NCBI RefSeq assembly: GCF_006345805.1
Contig: NC_042998.1
Location: forward strand, 205,530,001-205,594,000
Reading direction: 5' to 3'
Source: Octopus sinensis
Lineage: Eukaryota
DNA: 64,000 nt
Below the pieces are notes generated by a model. The model saw only the letters and a list, made by a program, of their open reading frames with translations. It was not told the origin of the DNA and ran no database searches. The position numbers and the translations under genes are program-made. How positions within the stretch are numbered: the first letter of the stretch is position 1; every line of letters begins with the position of its first letter. Positions 34,938 to 48,034 of this stretch are shown here, one piece after another.

Positions 34938-37017
34938 TGTATCAGGGCTGACAAAAATAACAAACCTCTCACCATTTTACAAATTTATATGTCTGCCATT
35001 TATATGAAATGTTTTAAGCACAAATATAATGAAAATATTTTGTATTTGTAGTTTTAGAAGAGAGTACGATCTTTATCATTTAAGATCTGTTTTCCATGCT
35101 GGCATGGGTTGAACAGTTCAACAGGAGCTGGCAAGGCTGGAGAGCTGCACCAGACTCCAGTTGTCTGTTTTGGCATGGTTTCTATGGCTGGACACCCTTC
35201 CTAACAGCAATTATTTCACAGAGTGTACTGGGTGCTTTTTATGTGGTACCAAGAATAAACTCTATAGAGTTTGTCAAAGATTTGTTAAATAAAGAGAAAT
35301 TTCGATGTTTATATCTGATAGGAAAGGGTTTTGATAGGAAGGGCAAAGGGCCAGTCAGGTGGCAGCTCAATTTATGTGGAAGAGAAAGGAGTGTGTAAGG
35401 CAGAGAGAGAGAGAGTGGAAGTGGAGGAAGAGAGGGAGAGAGAAGGAGAGAGAGAGAAGGAGAGAGAGAGAGAGAGAGTTACCTGACTGGGTCGAGGATT
35501 ATGAGGGAAGAATTGTACTGATGGAATTATAGTTTAGAAGATGGAAGTTTTAAGGGAATGAACAGGTTGCAAAGGTAATAATTAATGAAGCACTGAACCA
35601 AGAAGAATTCTTGGGATTATTGGAGCTGATGGATCAATATCTATGAAAGAACTTAATCAAGGATAACATTATTAATGATTCTTAAGCAATGAAATAATTT
35701 TATCAGAAACAATGTTGTTAATTAGGGGTGGAGGTTGATGGGAGGATTTTAGTTTAATGAATGGGAAAACAAAAATTATGAAGAATTTAGGACGAGATTA
35801 CGTTTTTAGGAGAGAGAAATGACAGGAAGGTGTGCAAACCTTTAACCTACATCTCAGTTGAGAATCTAAGGAGCTGATCCTGTGAATATAATTCTACTGA
35901 TCCTCAAGACTCCCCAACATATTTTTCACAAACATTTTCTTATCTAGAAAACCACCACCGCCGCCACCGCCACAGGAGTTCTTCTCTCATTTATGAACTT
36001 TGGGATATTCTCATTATTCCTCACCCCAGTCAGACTACTCTCTCTCTCTCTCTCTCTCTGCCACATACAATCCTTCCTTTCTATAATGGTATTAACCATT
36101 CAGTCAACCCCCATAGGTAGTGACTAAACTGGCCAAAATAAGCCCTTCCTATCCAACAAGCTTTCTCCTCATATGCAGACTCTTTAACAAATTCTATTGA
36201 GAAGACATCACATGTATATTGGAGGGGTATATATATGTATGTATATAGATTTTGAAAAAAATGATGTGATGTCTTCTCAATGGAACTGTCTGTTGTGGTA
36301 TGGGTTCTACAGCTGGATGCCCTTCCTAATGCCAACCACTTTTCAGAGTACACTGGGGTTGTTTTTTTTACGTGCCACCAGCATGGGCTTGTTTACATGG
36401 TACCAACAAGAATGTATTTTACATGGCACCGGCACCTGTAAAGGTAAAGCCTGTATCCATGGATGACAACGATTTTACTTCGTTTGACACATCTTCTCAA
36501 GTACAGCAAATCACCACAAGCCCCAGTCCCTTATCATTTCCTCAGAGAGGCCCAGTGTCTGAAGATCCTTTCTCACCACTTTGTCCCACGCCTTCCTGGG
36601 TGAACCCCATCTACAGGTTTCCTCCATAATTAGAGCTTGGCGCTTCTTTATACAGCTATCCAAACATGATCAATGCCAGGGCCGCCTGACACATAAAAAG
36701 TACCCAGTACACTCTCAGGGTAGTTGGTGTTAGGAAGGGCATCCAGCTGCGCTGGCAACGTATGAGCTTTTATCTTTTATATGTTTCAGTCATTAGACTG
36801 TGGCCATACTGGAGCACTGTCTTGAAGAATTTTTAGACAAATAAATCAGCCCCTATACTTTCTCTTTTAAACCTGGTGCTTATTCTATCGATCACTTTTG
36901 TCGAACTGCTAAGTACCAGGATGTAAATACTTCAATACTGATTGTCAAGCAGTGGTGGGGGACAAACACAGAAAAAAAGACACACATATGCACACACACA
37001 CACACACACACAAACTT

Positions 37018-37053
<36 letters not shown>

Positions 37054-37123
37054 CTAAGTATTTAAGGTGGAAAATGTCTTAAGACTAAGATTAATTATGA
37101 TAAGATTAAGTAATATATGAATG

Positions 37124-37162
<39 letters not shown>

Positions 37163-37834
37163 AAATGTAGGTTAACGAGGCAACAAATGATTTCATGTGA
37201 AAAGATCTTCACAATTGTTTGAGTACCACATGGAAGTGTTGGTATTCATCTCCATTTTGGATGAGAATGATATTAGTGTATATATGTAAACATATATAAA
37301 ATGTATATATGTGTGTGTGTGTGTGTGTGAATATTTAGCTGTGACTGCAGTGGTAGGAGAGTATTCCTTACTCAGTTGAGGTGAAGGGGAAATCCCAGCT
37401 TGAGACACTTCTGAAATATATACATATAGACATTGATATCCATTTATTTGGAGAGAATTGTGATGTATGACCGGGTGTGGGTATGTGGGAGTTGGGGGAA
37501 ATTTAAGACGGCCCCTAGCTTTACTTGTTTGCCACTCTGGTATTGAACTTATGAAAATGTTTATAGCTAAGGAACAATATAAAGGTGAGAGGGTGTCCCT
37601 AAGTAGTGGGGGTAATGTCTATTTGGTGCTTCATATCAGAGTGTGGTCATGTTGAAGCAATTGCCCCCCCCTCCGTTTTGTTTGCTTCCTGTCTTGGTTA
37701 TTGACATCCAAAATGTCTCTTTAATGAAGAATTGATGACTAGCATCACTTTCATTGTTTCCTAGCCCAACCCCAGTTATTACGCGGTTGCCACCATTTCC
37801 ACAGACCTGCTGAAAGTAATTCACCTTCGATCCT

Positions 37835-38070
37835 TTAACCCTTGGCCTTTTAGCGTTCAGATTACTCTGTCAAAAGTATTGCTAATTTACTTACATTGTT
37901 TTGAATTAATTATGCATTCCCTTGTAGCTTCAAGATATTAATGATGTCATAGTTTACTTTTAGAATGACATTGTAGGATGCGTGTGAGAGGCCAAACCTG
38001 GCTGGTTTGAACATAAAACTGGTCGAATATTTGGGCTGGGTTTTACTGGTTTAAATGCTGAATGGCTAAA
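37835..38070. mobile_element. Decayed MITE, probable piggyBac type (second family)
   Basis: Begins ttaaccctt. Homologous in reverse orientation to 2860-3071 (ends taaagagttaa) and to 59330-59413. Confidence 0.55.
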
Positions 38071-38249
38071 CGATGGGGACGAATGCAAGTGCCAAAAGGG
38101 CAAAACACAAAAGAGTCCCTTTTTCTTAAGAATAATTTTTATACTTATTTTCACTTTAAATAAGTACAAAGATTATAATGATTGCAGAATAACATTTGCA
38201 ATCTCATTATTGAAAAGTGTTATAAAATATTCACTTTCCTTTGTTGATG

Positions 38250-38700
38250 TATCCATGTAAAATTTGCATAACATCTATTGATGATGTCTGCTATTTAAGG
38301 ATTAAAATCCAAACCAGATTCAAATCAGACAAGTTCTTCCAAACTTTTTCCAAAGTCTTATTCTTCTTGGAAAGTTGGCAAATGCAGATTTAATATTGTA
38401 AGATCATATATTCTGAATTATCCTTGTTTTACCCCTCATAGCTTCAGCATTTTCTTTATCCAATGCAGCTATTCCTTCTAAAGAATTCCTAAACAACTTT
38501 CAGGCTGCAATTATTCTCTGCTCATAAAATGAAGATCTGAAGATGTGTCAGAAGGCAAACGGTGTCATTGTGCTTCTGCCATCTTCCATTACAAGGAGCA
38601 GGATCATTGCCAACGATTAGCAATCTCTTTACATTATTGCAACAAATTATCAGAATATCAAAATATTCCAAGAATTCGAAAAAATATCTGAAATAAACCA
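38250..38700 (-). pseudogene. pogo/Tigger-like DDE transposase relic
   Basis: Broken frames give RLLIVGNDPAP, LPSDTSSDLHFM..IIAA and SYNIKSAFAN, resembling the pogo DDE_1 motifs LLI.DNAP.H and LPPNTTS..QPMDQGII. Confidence 0.45.
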
Positions 38701-38897
38701 GTCATTCTTTCAACTGGAGTATTACTGGTGAATATTACTAGTAACAGATGGATTTTGCAGGTGTATATAATAACAGATTCACAATATCTGTGAGTGTAAG
38801 AGGTTTCACTGATTTCCTATCACTGTAAGCTTTATAAATTTTTTAAATGGCTCAAGCTACAAAGTGTTTAAAGATTCATACCATATTTCCTTATTTA

Positions 38898-39700
38898 TGG
38901 AGAAGCTTGCAAGGAATGAAGCCAGTATGCTCCGATGGATGTGTAATGTCAGTGTGCATACTCAACAGAGTGTTAGTACCTTGAGAGAAAAGTGGGACCT
39001 AAGAAGCATCAGATGTGGTGTGCAGGAGAGACGACTGTGCTGGTATGGTCATGTACTCCGGATGGATGTGGATAGCTGTGTGAAAAAGTGCCACACCCTA
39101 TCGGTTAAGGGAACCTGTGGAAGAGGTAGACCCAGGAAGACCTGGGATGAGGTGGTGAAGCATGACCTTCGAACATTGGGCCTCACTGAAGCAATAACTA
39201 GTGACCGGGAACTTTTGGAAATATGCTGTGCTTGAGAAGACTCGGCAAGCTGAAGTGAGACTGCCAGGGGTGTAACCAGTCCACTTATGCGTACTTTTCC
39301 TTCATTGGACATTAAACTCTGCTTGTGAAGACCTGTTGAGGCAAGTGAAATCGAAATAGAAATCAAATTCGATGACTGGCATCCGTGCTAGTGGAGCGCT
39401 AAGAGTACCATATGAGCGTGATCATTCAGAGCAACAAGCTGGCCTCCATGCCGATGGCACGTAAAAAGCACCATCCAAGCGTGATCGTTACCTGTGTCGC
39501 CTTATTGGCACTTGTGCTGGTGGCACGTGAAAAAAACACTCAAGCAAGGTTGTTGCCAGTGCCCCTGGACTGACTCCTGTGCAGGTGGCACATAAAAAGC
39601 ACCATTTGAGCGTGGCCGCTGCCAGTACCGCCTGACTGGCCCTCGTGCCGGTGGCACATAAAAGCACCCATTACACTCTTGGAGTGGTTGGCTTTAGGAA
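38898..39700 (+). mobile_element. RTE LINE 3' fragment: ORF end plus subrepeat-containing 3' UTR
   Basis: KLARNEASMLRWMCNV...RLCWYGHVLRM...GRGRPRKTWDEVV, followed directly by the hairpin subrepeat array. Confidence 0.85.
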
Positions 39701-40098
39701 GATAAACAGCACATGACCTTGCAGGTGGGGCCCAGTTAGAATTTTATTCTAGTCAAGTAACCCATCCTGCTCAAAAGGTCCCTGAATAAGGGTTGTTTAA
39801 GGATGTTAATGGAGCACCCATATTTCCAGAGGTGAATTATTCAAACCCCAAACAATCCCTCTCAACACATGGCTATGATGCTTCCCCACTACTTCTGCTC
39901 GTGATCAGAGATGCACAAATCATCAGCCACTAAGGGACATGCTCAAATGGTTAAGGTCAAACAACTGACAAGCAAATCTGTGGTATTGAGCAGAATATTT
40001 GCTGTAGCCCATCTTTTATACTAAGACAAAACAATGTACATGATAACACTTTGAATCAGCTAAGATCAGAAGCCACTGCCTTGTACTGCATCAGGGCA
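39700..40098. mobile_element. Family C element, partial copy, ending at (ATT)n
   Basis: Matches 9685-9789 joined to 10950-11240. Confidence 0.8.
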
Positions 40099-40102
40099 TT
40101 TA

Positions 40103-40133
<31 letters not shown>

Positions 40134-40549
40134 TGCCGTCACCCTGTGAAGTCATACAAGTTGGAACTCCATAACTGGTTGCAGCCCATTCATTCAAAAT
40201 TTTATTGAACAAATATTTTGCTCACATTGTCTGGTAACATTTTGTGGAATTGCATCCACTTCTTGGGGATGTAATAATTGTTTTGCATTTTTTTTTTTTG
40301 CGAAGACAGGATTTTATTCATTTTCCCAACTTAAAAAAATGTCAGATTATGAAAAAATAATTCTGCTGACTCCAACTTAGAGCAGCTTTCTGTTGAGACT
40401 CCAAAAAACAAATGCAGACGAAGATGAAATCCATCTCTTTCCAAAGAGAAATATAATTTCCTCTTGTTGCTATGACAACAGTAACAAGTGCAAAAGTACC
40501 AGCAGCAACAATGATAATGATGATGACTACGACAGCAGCAGCACCTTTT

Positions 40550-40778
40550 TTTTTTATTACCCACAAGGGGCTAAACATAGAGGGGACAAACAAGGACAGA
40601 CATAGGTATTAAGTCGATTACATCGACACCAGTGCGTAACTGGTACTTAATTTATCGACCCCGAAAGAATGAAAGGCAAAGTCGACCTCGGCAGAATTTG
40701 AACTCACAACGTAACGACAGACGAAATACCGCTAAGCATTTTGCCCAGCGTGCTAACGTTTCTGCCAGCTTGCCGCCA
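40550..40778 (-). mobile_element. tRNA-derived SINE family D
   Basis: Minus strand ggcggcaagctggcagaaacgttagc...gagttcaaattc (A/B boxes) ...ggggtcgataaattaagtaccagtt. Near-identical copy at 54845-55072; decayed copies at about 9050-9190, 16320-16410, 32360-32490, 49380-49575, 60740-60920. Confidence 0.85.
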
Positions 40779-42504
40779 CTCCACCACCACCACCACAAAC
40801 AGCAGAAACTACAACAATAACAGCAACAGTATCAACAAGATGAAGGTCGAAAACAGAAAAATTAATATGAACAATAAGATTGAAAACACCACCATGACCA
40901 CCACCACCAAAAACAACAGCATCTGCAGCAATAATAACTCAAAGAACCTCAACAAAGCCTTCTTTTCTAAAGCCATTAGAATTTGGACTATTTTTTCAAT
41001 GGATGACTTAAAAAATAAGTCACTGAAAAACGAGAGTGACTTAATGAAACCAGGTTTTACGTGCGTTAATGAGGAGGGAAAAACCTCCAAAAGACAAACA
41101 TCATCATCATCGTTGGTTTATAAATGTGTTTCTCATAAGGAGATGAAACTCAAATTTCCTCCTACTCTGGCAGTGATTGAAAAATGTCTCAAAGATGTCT
41201 GGCCCTCAGTGCTACACATGTAGAAAGGTAAACAATATGGCTTGTAGCTGCTATATGCAGCAGTGAGCAAGAAGCCAGAAGAATGGCTACTATAACTTGC
41301 ATGTCCCAGGATTTTGTAATGATTCCCCATTACATTGGTAAAAAGTTGACTTGAGTTCGAGTCAAGAACATCATCATCATCATCATTGTTCGACCATGGT
41401 TGAGACAATGGAATTTACCATGCTACGCCAGACTTCACGGTCCATCATGGCATTACGGAGGTCCTGTTGCTGGATGCCTGTATCCCTGGAGATTACATCA
41501 GGGTAGGAGAGTGTCAAGAACATGCTGGGTCACCATGATCTGGCAAGGATTTTAGCCATTCTGGAGGAGTAGGGGGAGATTGTGGGGGTGAAGTCCACCC
41601 CACAACTCAACAGGAATGGAATTTTTATGGAATTCCAGATGCTAGTTTCTCCAGAGAAAATAAGTCCCATTCCCGATTTTATCTCTTTTCAGGAAATGAA
41701 AACAGATGCCAGTTTCTATAGAAGGGAAAAAACCCAAAGTGTTTTGTGTGTAGGAATTTGAACCACCTCAAAACCTTTTGCCCCGCAGTAGAGAAAGCTT
41801 AAAGCTCTCTACCATTATTACCAACTCCTCAAGGTGAGGACAAATCTATTACCTCGCATCTGCCTCCTTCTTCTGACTCAGGCCTCGCAAAAGCAAAGTC
41901 CTCATTGACTTCACACAAAAAGGCCTTTGTCGGAGATAAGAGAAGAACTGATTATGAAACAGAGACCAAATTGAAGGTCCTAAGATATGATGGTAAAAAA
42001 CAAAATCTGACCCAACTCCAATTTAAAAACAAATCAACACCAACATCAGCATCTTCATCACAAGACAACCAATTTTTACAAAAACCTTCACAATCACCAA
42101 AAAAAAAAAACCACATGAAAACACAAACAAACACCCGAGAAACAAAATGACCAACGGTCACATTCTCGGGTACTTCTTTCCTCAACTTCACTGTTGTTCA
42201 GAAGAACAACATTGAATTGATTGAGGAAGTTATTAATAACAAAAGCATTACAACAAGTGGAGAAGGTTTTGCAGAACTCCTCCCGAAAACTCCACCGGAC
42301 AGGATGTTAATCCGAACAGATATGGACATGTATCTTGATTTAAAACAGAAATTCCTACAGGACATTGGAAAGTTTTGGAAGTACCCCAAAAAAGACTTCC
42401 TCGAAAACCCTTCCCCCCCCCCGACCAAACAGAAGACTGTCAACAGTCATCCCTGAAGACCAAGGTATGTAATTCCATTTTCTTTCCACTAAGTTAAATA
42501 GCTA

Positions 42505-44955
42505 CTCTTAAAGTTGGCTGTGTAAATGTTCAGGGCTTGAGTTTGGCTTGGAAGAAGGGTTACCGGCTCAACAATCTCAGGTCCTAAATTTAGATGTGAC
42601 AGCAGTTAGTGAAATGAGAACTGCCGGGAAACATGCTCGTGCAACCATTTTCAAAGACTTTGAAGTATTCTCATTTTGTGGTCTGTCGGGAGCGGGTGGC
42701 GGTGTAGAAGTGTTATTCTGAAAATCCTTAGGTCTCAAAGTAAGGGCAGTCTTCTTGGACCCAAATGGTAGGCTGGTGGTCCTATATGTGAATGGTGGTA
42801 CCTTTAGATTGGTGGCTATGTATGCTCTGACAAGGACTGGGAGGCCAGATTTCTTCAGGCGTCTAGAAATATTCCTGGGAATGTCTCACATTTTAGTACT
42901 AGTCGGGGATCAGAATAGTATTTTTGACACTCAGAAGGATTGTGTGGGTTTAGCACAGAAACTTCCAGCTTTCTGACAGGTATTAATTGGATTTCCCTGA
43001 TGTGCCAGTGTGAACGTGGAGCAATCACAATGGGGTCATCCAGATTGTATCTAGATAGAGTATTTGTTAGGTCAGCGGATAAGAATAGTATAGGTGTCCA
43101 CAATTCAAATTGGTCAGCTACACAGACCACAAATTTGTGATCTGCTCAGTCAATTTAGATAGGATACATAGACAGGGACCCAGTTACTGGATGCTGAATG
43201 CGTCCTTTCCTGCATGCAAAGGCTACAGGGACCGGCTTAGCGAACTAGTTAAATGGCAGTTGACGGGGGCAATTGTTAGCAACTACTGGTGGATAGCCCT
43301 GAAGAGGGCAATTAGAGCAGAATCAATAGAGATTAACAAAGAGTTAGCAACAGAAAGAAACAGATTAGAGGGAGAACTAGTTAGCAAACTAGAAGAGACA
43401 ATTAGTAAAGGCATTGCGACTGACATGTTAGCAGCAAGAATGACTCTTGACCATTTCTTTGAGGCAAAACACAAAGGTTGCATTGTCAGTGCTAAGGCCC
43501 ATGCACTAAAACACGAAAGAACTAAAGCTGTCCAATGGGTTCGAATGGTAGAGATGCGACGTGGCAACAAAACCATAATTAGGTCTTCGATGGGTCGGGA
43601 CAGGCGTGTGCTACATGGTTCTGACCAGATGAGTGGCTTTTCAGCAGCACTTCACGCAACTGTTTGGAGGGGGCAATGGGTCAACAATGGTAGCAGACTT
43701 TAGTTCATACCTAGACGGCCTGCTATGACTCTCAGCAGCCAATGTGAGGCTCTGTGAAAAGCCGATAACAACCACTGAAATACGAGAGGTGATGAGCTAT
43801 TTACACAAGTCACAAATTGCTGGGTTTAGATGGTCTGTCCTATGAATTCTATATATTTATGCCAAATTTGTTTGGTGACCTCTTGGCAGATGTTTACTTC
43901 AACTGGCAAGAGAATGGAAGAATTCCCAGTGCTGTTTGTTGGGGTGTGGTGACACTGCTGAAGAAGAACACCGACAGTGGGGACACACTAGGGAATTTTG
44001 GGCCCATAACTCTGCTAAACTGAATTTAAGATTTTGGCCACAGTCAGACAGTTAATCTGCTGGCAGCTTACACATACAGTGGCTTTTGATGCTTAGACAT
44101 GCACTCAAGTCAAGCCACCTGCAACAATTTCTAGAAGGTGAACATGTGAGGTATGTATTTCCGCAACTTGTCTCTTCAACGGAGCTGCAGTCCTGGTTGA
44201 AGAATAGACCAAGACTGGGTGCCTGGCACTTAGAATGTCGTCAGGCAATAGGATCGGTAGATTTTCCACTTAAGCTATTTATAGAGGATTAGTAGTTGGA
44301 AAGTGTGACATAGATGAACTGACTCGTCTGTTCCAGAGGACTTTTCGGTCAGGGATTATTATGGATAATTTCCAGGTGTCTTTGGCTTGGTAGTGCTACT
44401 GGAGGGTGGGGGCGCTACTGGTTCGAGATAAACTCTACAGGCATGGATGTATTCTCAGACAAGCTTGTCCAAGGTACATGCAGAGTGACAACACCATTCT
44501 GCATGCATTTGTTCAGTGTCCTGTAATTGCTGACTTGTGGAGTTATATTGAACGGCTGCTGTTGCATGTCGGACAGATCCTTCTGTTGTCTGAGTTCATG
44601 GTGATGATTGCCCTGCAGCCCTCCTTTAATTGGAGAGGCAAGGCAGTTTTTCTTTGCCTGGCTGCTGTGGCAAAGCAGGTTGTCTAGTGGACGAGGCTGA
44701 AAGGAATGAGGACAGAGACATTCCACTTTGGTGAAGCCCTCATCGACTTTTCAAGTTGCACTTGAAAAGGGAAGTGAGGGTGGAGAAGGAGTTGCTGTGC
44801 TTGAGTGAATTTAATGCAAGCTTCTGTGAAAAGCCGATAATAGCCACTGAAATACAAGAGGCGATGAGCGATTGCACAAGTCACAAATCGCTAGGTTTAG
44901 ATGGTCTGCCATTGAAAATTGCAAAAAGGGCAAGAGGGGACGGTACCCTGTGAGT
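42505..44955 (+). mobile_element. Decayed Tx1/L1-clade LINE ORF2 with internal deletion
   Basis: KVGCVNVQGL, DPNGRLVVL, LVGDQN, LDRVFV, TDHKFV, SYWMLNAS, GLDGLSYEFY, NFGPITLLN, then a zinc-knuckle-like CPRY...TILHAFVQCP. The RT core is missing. 44820-44910 duplicates 43750-43840. Confidence 0.8.
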
Positions 44956-45747
44956 CAGAGGAAAGGAGTTGGAAAAGGTATTTGTTCATAATACTGAAGG
45001 TGATCTGGGATGATGGGGTTTCTCAATCATCCCTTATCAGGAGGACCCCCCATCACAATTTTTTTTTACAGCCCATCCAAAGTACCTTGGATTGCAGAAC
45101 AACCTGCTGTGCTTACCTTGGATCGTAGGGTGACCTGCTGTGCTTGAGGAGACCTATTGAGTCAAGTACATCAACATCAAAATAAATATCAAATGGAAAT
45201 TGTAGTCGTAACACCTGTGCCGGTGGCACGTAAAAAGCATCATCCAAACGTGGCCGATGCCAGCGCCGCCTTGACTGGCTTCTGTGCTGATGGCACGTAA
45301 AAAGCACCAACTGATCGTGGCCGTTGCCAGCCTTGCCTGGCACATAAAAAGCACCCACTACACTCACGGAGTGGGTGGCGTCAGGAAGGGCATCCAACTG
45401 TAGAAACACTGCCAGATCAGACTGGACCCTAGTGCAGCCTCCTGGCTTCCCAGACCCTGGTCAAACCATCCAACCCATGCTAGCACAGAAAACAGACGTT
45501 AAACGATGATGATGATGATGATGATATTGCTGTAGACTATGTATTCTTCACTTCTTTTAATATATACTGTGTATACTCCTTCCTAAATTCATTCTTTTTC
45601 TTTTTTTTTTAATCATTCCATTATATGTAAACCCCCACACTTTATGTCGTACCCCTCGTCCTTCACTCTGGTGGCAAATAAAAGAAATCATTATTATTAG
45701 TTTTTCTTTTTCCTTCTTTCTTCAAATTTTCTTCCGTTTCTTGCCGA

Positions 45748-45780
<33 letters not shown>

Positions 45781-46278
45781 GCCTTTGCACAGCTTCTAAC
45801 GCCAGAGATGTACTACAGTGTCAGCTGTTCGTCACCAGTGAACTAAGATAACACCTCTTATTTTCGACCACCTTCCAGAGCATTCGAGCGGTTCCAAGCA
45901 GTGCTGTTTTCTGCAAGTGATCCACCCTTATTGCAACCCCTATTTGTTCCACGTACTTCTCGAGATTTTGCTCACTGTTCCCAGGGCTCCGACAATTATT
46001 GGTACTACTGCTACCTTTTTCATCGACCACAACTGCTTGACCTTCCCAAGCCAACCTGCCATATTTCTCGACTTTTCTTTCTTCCTTATCGCTTACCTTG
46101 TTGTCAGCTGGGCATGCTATGTCTATGATCCAGCATTGTTTGCTTTCTTTCTCAATTAAGACTGTGTCTGGCTTCCTATTCTCTATCTCATGGCCGCACT
46201 GAATCATAAAATCCCATAGGAACGATGCCTTCAGGTTTGTGGTCGTACCAATTTTTTGCTCTGTCAAGTCCATACTTG
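45781..46278 (-). mobile_element. R4/Dong-like RLE LINE 3' fragment flanked by (TAA)n
   Basis: LWDFMIQCGHEIENRKPDTVLIEKESKQCWIIDIACPAD...LQKTALLGTARML, a PD-(D/E)xK endonuclease pattern. Confidence 0.85.
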
Positions 46279-46284
46279 TTATTA

Positions 46285-46321
<37 letters not shown>

Positions 46322-47599
46322 TAACTTGACCTGAATCAGATTAGAACTGTTAAAGGGAAAATACTTTGACATAATCTATCTGAACTGTAAAAGTTGTTGA
46401 GTTAGTGAGGTGCATGTGCCAGGCAGTGGATAGTCACTGCACTAAGGACATGGTGCAGCCTAACAGTTGCATTCTTACTAATTTGGCCCAGTAATATGTG
46501 TCATGACTGCTACTGCTGCTGCTGCTGCTGCTGCTGCTGTGTCTGGCTGATTGTTTGTTCTGTTTGTCCCTCGTTGCACATTCTTATTGTTCACTGCTGT
46601 TTCATCCACCTGGTGTTACTCGCTCGGATCATATCTGCCCTTGTTCTTTTTGTTCTTGACGTTTAACGTTTAAAAAAAACTTATCAAAATCCAAATAAAA
46701 AAGAAGCAACTTTTTCTTGCAGTAATTTTGTTTTCTCTGTTTTTCCTCTTCTGCCTCCCATTCTTCTTTCACCTTCTTCTGCTGCTTTTCTATAAACTTC
46801 TTGAACTCCTACTCTCTTTCTTTCCCTCATTCCCCTCCACGTCTTCCTGTTCCTGCTCCTCCCTTACACCACCACCACCACCACCACCACTACTAACATT
46901 ATCACTACCGGCCAAAAGGTTCTATGTGATCACTTCACCTGCTGCTAGAAGTAACAGTTAAATCTCTCCCAAATCACTCCTTACTGTCATATATAGAAGA
47001 ACATGACTCATTAACTGATAGATTCCCATTAAAGACAAGTTTGTCAAAGTTGGATTTCCTTTGATGTCCAGTATCTCTAGATAAGCAATCATTTTGGGAC
47101 TCAATGCCTTGGTTTATTTGGTTCTCTACTTTTGAGCCACTCTATGACTACGTGTTTGTTTTGATGATAGGATTTAATAAAAAATCAAGGAATGAACAGA
47201 TTTGGAATTCTTTCAAAGTTAAATTGTATGGCTACTTTAAGTATTCCATTCTTTTTTTTTTCCCCATCATTTGTGATGACAAAGAAATCTGGTTTGTTAA
47301 CAAGCACAGAATTCAGTTGCTGTCTTTTATATTCTAGACAAACGTTGAATATATAATTTAACACAGCAAAGTTAAAATCAATGTATTCACACAATATACT
47401 TTGTGAGACTCCAAACACTTTCTGAACGACTCCCACTGACCTGTCATCTCAACCTATAAGCTACTCTTTATAATGTCCTCCTTTGAGATTGACTTCCATT
47501 GGAAGTAAATATTTTATTTTTATTTATATATTTTTCTTTCATCACATCTCCCTTTTTGAGATTTTTCCTCCTAGGGAAGTTTAATATTTCTTCCGTTTA

Positions 47600-47860
47600 G
47601 GCACTATTTCCAACTGTTTTGTTTGTTTCCTCTTTCTTTTGCTGCTACACCCAGGTTCAATTGGTGTGTTGGAACATCAAAGGTGTCATAGAACGCTTCC
47701 ATGAGTGTCGCTTTCCTTTTTTCCGTATATCTATTTTTTAGTTGGTTTAAATGTCTTTTGTGTTCCCTTTTTTTGCTTCTTATCACATATGTAATTTTGC
47801 CTATTCTTTTTGTTACTACTCTGTCTTCCATATTTATATTTCTTGAAAAACACCTTGTCA
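47600..47860 (-). pseudogene. Gypsy-like LTR retrotransposon integrase C-terminal relic
   Basis: EDRVVTKRIGKITYVIRSKKREHKRHLNQLKNRY resembles the G.V..R.G...Y.V......KRH.NQL..R tail of Gypsy integrases. Confidence 0.5.
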
Positions 47861-48034
47861 CCAATATTAAAATTCTTTGTCATATTTTTAGTGTTTTTCC
47901 TATTTGCTTTTTTTACTGGTAGCAGTTTGTTAAAAGTTTACTTTATTTTACAAGAAAACATTAGTTTCACAGGTGATTTGCCAGTAAAAGTGTTTGAGTT
48001 TAGTGGTATGGCTCCTTTGTGAACCACCTACAAT

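Noticed and set aside
40950-42456. ORF1 of the Tx1/L1 relic
   Set aside because: Position fits, but frames are short, interrupted by other repeats, and show no motif I can recognise.
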